DNA from: Aplysia californica
Taxonomy: Eukaryota
Reading direction: 5' to 3'
DNA: 64,000 bases
Assembly (NCBI RefSeq): GCF_000002075.1
Contig: NW_004797490.1
Coordinates: 963,013 to 1,027,012 of the forward strand
The translations under genes were made by a program, and so were the position numbers. Positions within the stretch are counted from its first letter, which is position 1, and each line of letters starts with the position of its first letter. The notes beneath the pieces were generated by a model. It ran no database searches and was not told where the DNA came from. It saw only the letters and a list, made by a program, of their open reading frames with translations. Positions 58,859 through 64,000 of the stretch are shown here, piece by piece.

Positions 58859-61800
58859 CTTGAGAGAGGATGCGTACTTGAACTCTTTGTCACACTGAGA
58901 GCACTTGAATGGCGTTGGGCCCTGACAATTATCAGTGTGCTCTTCTATTGTGATTTGGTCGCACTTGATGTAACGGTTACACACCTTGCACAGCTTCATG
59001 TCTAGCTTGTCTTTATGCAGTTCGCTGATGTGCTCTAGTAGCTTGGCACGTTCGTCAGTCTCAAAGTCACAGCGAGAGCATGGGAACACCCCATGTGTGA
59101 ACAGGTGTCTGTTGAGAGAGGCCATCTTAGTGCAGCCATAGTGGCAGTGAGGGCACTTGTAGGGCATGTTCACTTCGAGCATGTGCACCTTCTTCATGTG
59201 CCGGCTGAGAGCTGAACGGCCCCGTGCCTGGTGGTCGCACTGGCTGCACTTGACAAAATCGAGGCGCTTCTTGTAGCGCCTCACTGGCTTGTTGTCCTCC
59301 CCCGCACTCTCAAGACCGGTGTCCTGGCTCTCCCCGGCTTCTATCTCTGTATTTGTCATCTCATCCTTTGTCTCAGGCTCATGCACCGGCGTGTCTTGCT
59401 CAGACCCACCAGATGTTGATGCAATGCTCTCTCCTATATCGGAGGTCTCCACCCTTCCTGACACAACAGAGTCTTTGTCTTGGGGTACTAAAGTCTCGAC
59501 ATTTACATGGTTTGCAACCTGTACTTCACTTTCTGGTGGTGCTAACTGAGACACTTTAGGCTTTCCTGCAGTTTTTTTTCTCTTTTTCGGTTTTGAGGAA
59601 GTGGATGATACTTTGCTGCAATCTTTAACACTTTCACCATTTTTACCCAACAAATTCGATTCCTTTGAAACAGAAACACCTTTGCTTTTCGCTTCCTTTT
59701 CACTGCTGCACACAGCTGATGTACTTTCTTCAACTTTGCTAAATCCTTCATTCTCATCGTGAACACCATGTTCTTCAGATAACTCTGGAGTATTACTCAC
59801 AGGCTTTTTGGACTTTTTTTTTCTTTTCACTGAAGTATCAGATTTGACTGCCACCTTAACCTGAGTCTCACTTGTAGGAACATTATCACATTTCGCAGCA
59901 CTGGTCAATTGGCTACCATCTGCTACCACAGAGTCCACCACATTCGCCACATTACTCTGATCAAGGTCTGAATCGGCACTCTTAGTAGAGATTCCCACCT
60001 CAGCAACTACTGCAGTGACTCGCTTTTTAGGCGGTTTTGACGCTGCTGTACCTCCAACAGCTTTGGCCTTCGCATAGTGACTGCTCCCCACAGAAGAGGC
60101 ACCTCTGCTGGATGTGTGGCCAGCAGAGGCAGAACCAGTCTTTTTGCGGTTCTGTGCAGCATTCTTGGCCTTTGGTGGTTCCTCAAACAGGTCTCTAATG
60201 GCGGCCTCCTCTTCTTCTGTCAAACAACACTCTTCTTCAGGAGGTTCGGGCACAAACACAAAATTTTCTATGACATCATTAATTGTCTGTAAGTACTGGG
60301 CTGTTCTGTCTGCACATGACACTTCATCCATTGGAATTTCAATTCTTTTCTTTGGAGGTCTCTTTATTTTGACAACTTTTTTATCTGAATTCGCATTTGC
60401 AGAAGTCTCAGTAGAAATACTAGGTGCTTGACTCGGGACTTTCAACGTGTCTTTATTACTACAAATGTCAGCAGTAGCTGGAGTGGAGGTAGCGGTGCTA
60501 CTTGTCTCACTGAGGTGACCATTCGAACAGAGGGTGGCAGGATTGACAGATGAAGTAGCTGATGGGACAAGTTCACATTTAGATTGAGAGTCTACCTTGG
60601 TGGAAAGAGAAGCAGGCGGCTCAGCAGAAGAATCGGTTATTACTTTCTCTTGTACAGAAGACGAGACATTTATTCTTTGCAATACTTCGGACGGCACATT
60701 TGGAGAAGATGTGTCCTGACACTGCACAGCACCGCTCACAGGCTCAGAGGATCCGGACGCTGGTTCAGTCACTTTTTCACTTACATCCATCTTGTCAATA
60801 ATGGAACTGTTTCCATTGCTTGGAGATGAAAGGGGTTTTCTTTGCACATAGGTGTCCCCATTCTCAATCACACTAGACCTTTTAGGAGATTTTTTCCTTG
60901 ATTTTTTACCATGTACGGAGCTCTGAGCAGTAGGTTGGGGTTTGAGTGAGACTGCACTCGGCACAGAAACATTTGTGGATCCCTGTGTGGGAGACAGCTG
61001 TGGAACAAGAGATGCAGCCACTTCTTCCAGGGCATTGCTCTCCTTAGGACTGGTGCCAGCCTGCGTCTGACTGGACACCAAGCTTACGGCTGACTTACAG
61101 GAGGTAGACAAGTTCATCGGCTCTTCTTGCTCTGGAAGTTGCTGGAAATTCCCACTTTTCACAGCTGGAGTGGAAGAAGAGCCGAGTGACAGCCCTACCT
61201 CACAGCCATGCCCCTGTTCAGAGACGACAATATCTGCTGCGATTTCAGAGCTCTTCTCCGAAGAAATAGGGGTATCAAAGCAGTTTTTGCTGTAAACAAC
61301 ATTCGGGGTATTGGAAGCCGAATTATGAATGGCGTTCTGATATGATTCATGAGCCTGTGAATGATCTTTGTGACGAAACTTAGATGGCAAAGATGACGAA
61401 GGAGATGAAGATAATGACGATACTTGTGTTGGTAACACTGATGGCGATGTTGGTGTGGTTTGAAGAGAGGCCTTTTCAGACCCCTGTGAGAGTGATGACT
61501 CTTCAGGTAAAAGCAGGTGGGTCCCTGAGATCAAGTGGTTATTATTGTTACTAGTTGAACCTGGATGATGAGGTGACAAGTTCCCCAAACTGTGCTTCTG
61601 GGAAGATTCACTATGTGAACACACATCCGAAGGAGTAATTGCAGAGACCTTCACCTCAGCACTTTCAACTTGATCTGTAAAAGAAGAGGCTGACGTGGAA
61701 GTTGCTTCACCATTGCTTAGACATGCAGGGGTTGATTCAACACTTTCAAATTTTTTGTCATTTCCACGTCGTTTCTTGGGAGGTTTGGGAATTGCCTTTG

Positions 61801-62206
61801 TCGTCACTTCAGACTTGTTGTTAACCTCACGCTTATTATGGTTATGGTGCAAGCTGGTTGGGGATTTGGTTCCATCATTGTCATTCTTCCCCTCTGATGC
61901 TCCACTGCTACTAGGCTGGTGCACATTGCTGGGAGACTTGCTTGACTTCAGCTGTGAAGCAGAGACACCTTTGGACTTTGTTGTTCCTGACGACGTAGAG
62001 GAAGATAATGTAGAAGATGTGGATGTACTTGGTAACGCTGCCACCATTTTCCCCCCTCGCTCTACCACAACAACAGATGTCTTGCCCATGCCATCAAGCA
62101 GCTTGGCACAGTCTTCTGCATCCAGCACAACTTTTGGGGAGGTCATGCTCATCTTGAGCTTTGCCTCTGTAACCTTCTTGTGATCCTTGTCTACTTTGGT
62201 CCTCAT
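58859..62206 (-). CDS. Large multi-C2H2 zinc-finger protein, coding exon 1 (1,116 codons: Ser/Thr-rich disordered N-terminus, fingers 1-4 and most of finger 5)
   Basis: 1133-aa ORF. Acceptor (ttttcacatcttgctttcAG) opens the exon at 62288. ATG at 62206 (caagATG) has an in-frame TAG upstream at 62260-62258. Donor aag|GTATGT follows 58859 (phase 0). Fingers: CSQC..HMKKVH, CPHC..HLFTH, CSRC..HISELH, CKVC..HTDNC, CSQCDKEFKYASSLK|VHFHTH. Confidence 0.92.
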
Positions 62207-62288
62207 CTTGGATATTTGTGATCCCAGACGAAATACAACGCATAAACTCTGTAACCGCTACATTCTCTTGTGTTCACAGCCTTGATCA
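62207..62288 (-). promoter_or_regulatory. 5' UTR part of zinc-finger exon 1, with a start-stop element (ATG TAG, 62263-62258) and the start (62243) of a uORF overlapping the CDS
   Basis: Read directly from the minus strand between the acceptor at 62288 and the main ATG. Confidence 0.7.
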
Positions 62289-63763
62289 CTGAAAGCAAGA
62301 TGTGAAAATTTTTTTTTTATGTAGGATTCAATTGTGAGCCCCTGACTAGCATGCCTTTACAGAATTGGACATTTTTTAAAATAAAAAGAGTGTAAAATTT
62401 TAAAAAATATTTAAAAAATTTGTTACTTTTCCCTTGATAATAAAAAATAAAATTTGAAAGAAGAACAAGATAAAGATACAGAAACCAGAAAAAAGCCCTC
62501 ATACACAGTCTCCAACATGACAAAGTAAAACATCCTATGATAAAACATAATTGCTTGAAAGGCCCTTCTTTCTTAGATCCAGGTCAGGAGTTGCACCCAT
62601 CTCTCCTGTCTGAGACTTGCCGGGGTTTGGGAAGACAGATGTTATGTTTTTGGTTTCCATGTGTATTTTGTTTTTGTTCATCTCCAGACAAAGGGAACCA
62701 CTTGGAAGCCTATAGCTGATGCCAGGGTTACCCTGGACGAAAATCCCAATTAGATGGCAAGAATTCTTGCCTTCCAACCAAGAATGACCTGAAAGCTAGT
62801 TCTATGGACCAGTCATAAGAGATTGAGAGCAGTAGGCCACTATACCCACCTATTTAGACCGAAGTGGCATGGCGGTGAGGGAGGCCTCATCACCTAAGCC
62901 ACCGAAAGTGTAACTTGAAGAGGATTTGGGGTCTCTCTTTTGTTGGATCCGACTTTCAGTCAGCATGTCAAAAAAAAACAACCCACGATAGATGGACAGA
63001 AGACATAGCAAGAAAGAAAAAAAGATGCAACCTCTACGTCAGACAGCTAGTGACGTACAAGTGCCATCCCATCAAGGGGGTGTCCTGTTGATGGGACAGC
63101 CAACTATTTTTATTCTATTCCCTGTCAGCTTGGGGAAGGGAGAAAGTAGAAGGAAAAAGAAAGAGGATAAAAGACAGACAATACACCAAAGTATATGTCA
63201 CTCATGTGTACATGAGTGTAGATGTTCATAGACGACATTTCACTATTGAAGGGAATGCACCTCCTGCTGGTAGAGCAGCAGATTTATTTATTGGCCCCCA
63301 ACCTACTGAGGGTCGGAATGGATGACCCTGGTTTGAATCCCCAATAAGGCGCTCAGATCGAGGCTGTCTGGAGGAGTTTCAGGCTATCCGCCAATTTGGC
63401 ACAAACCTATTCGGGAATAGACATTAAATTCAGAAGTCTGCCAAATAACCTTACAATGCTGAAAGCGGCATTAAACCTACAAAATGACCAACCACCATTT
63501 ATCATCAAGGTAAACACAAAAAAAGGCATTAAATGCTGACTACCTATCTTTAAATAAACTAAGGATTTGGGAGGAAAGTCACATCCAGTCTTACCTCTCG
63601 AGGACTATTTTAAAGCATTTCTTGATTTACAAGAAAAACTTACGCTAAACTTACAAATGCTCACTCTTCTCAAACCCTTTCAAATGTACCTTATAAGGCT
63701 TCAAAAGATTGTTTTCCAGTTATGAAATAGAAAACATCAGAAATTTAAAAAATATATACTTAC

Positions 63764-63891
63764 ATTATAAAGTAAAACAAATCAAATATAACAGTTGCCC
63801 TCAACCCATTTCCAAGCTGACACAAGGTCTGCCTATGGCTGCAGAGGAGAAACAGTAAGATCCATTTTTTCACCCATTCCTTTTTGGAGGT
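63764..63891 (-). other. Candidate upstream non-coding exon of the zinc-finger gene, with two short uORFs
   Basis: Strong acceptor ttttttttcttttgcAG before 63891 and donor aat|GTAAGT after 63764. Contains MGEKMDLTVSPLQP* (63877-63833) and MG* (63809-63801). No transcript evidence. Confidence 0.4.
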
Positions 63892-64000
63892 CTGCAAAAG
63901 AAAAAAAATGACAGTCAACATAAATTTTTTTAATGTGTAGGTCAGTTCACACCTCAGTGTGATCTTGCCTGGGGCAAACATTGTATTGTTATATCGAGTT

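Overview
This is gapped eukaryotic genomic DNA from an invertebrate-like animal (AT-rich, microsatellite- and repeat-rich, many N gaps). The taxon cannot be fixed from sequence alone. Two spliced protein-coding genes converge tail-to-tail. (1) On the minus strand, a ~2,670-aa protein with a central array of 12 C2H2/C2HC zinc fingers and large disordered, charge-blocked flanks, in 4 coding exons: 62206-58859, 57820-57629, 56739-56460, 53586-49394. Its last fingers resemble the ZFP91/ZNF692 type. Its 5' UTR carries a start-stop element plus a uORF that overlaps the main start, an ATF4-like layout. (2) On the plus strand, a ~360-aa protein I cannot assign (coding exons 20939-21263 and 24544-25301), rich in RRxS/RKxS motifs. 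About 5.7 kb upstream lies a CpG-rich segment with a palindromic RFX X-box and a full CRE. The rest is a nested mobile-element landscape. Three retroposon families share one covarying 3' stem-loop tail; only one has a tRNA-derived head. There are also RTE-type LINE remnants and non-autonomous DNA transposons with readable TIRs/TSDs (P-like 7 bp, hAT 8 bp, Harbinger TTA, pogo-like TA, and an unusual CTGTCCC-terminal family with 6-bp TSDs). No prokaryotic system, CRISPR array or intact transposase/RT ORF is present.
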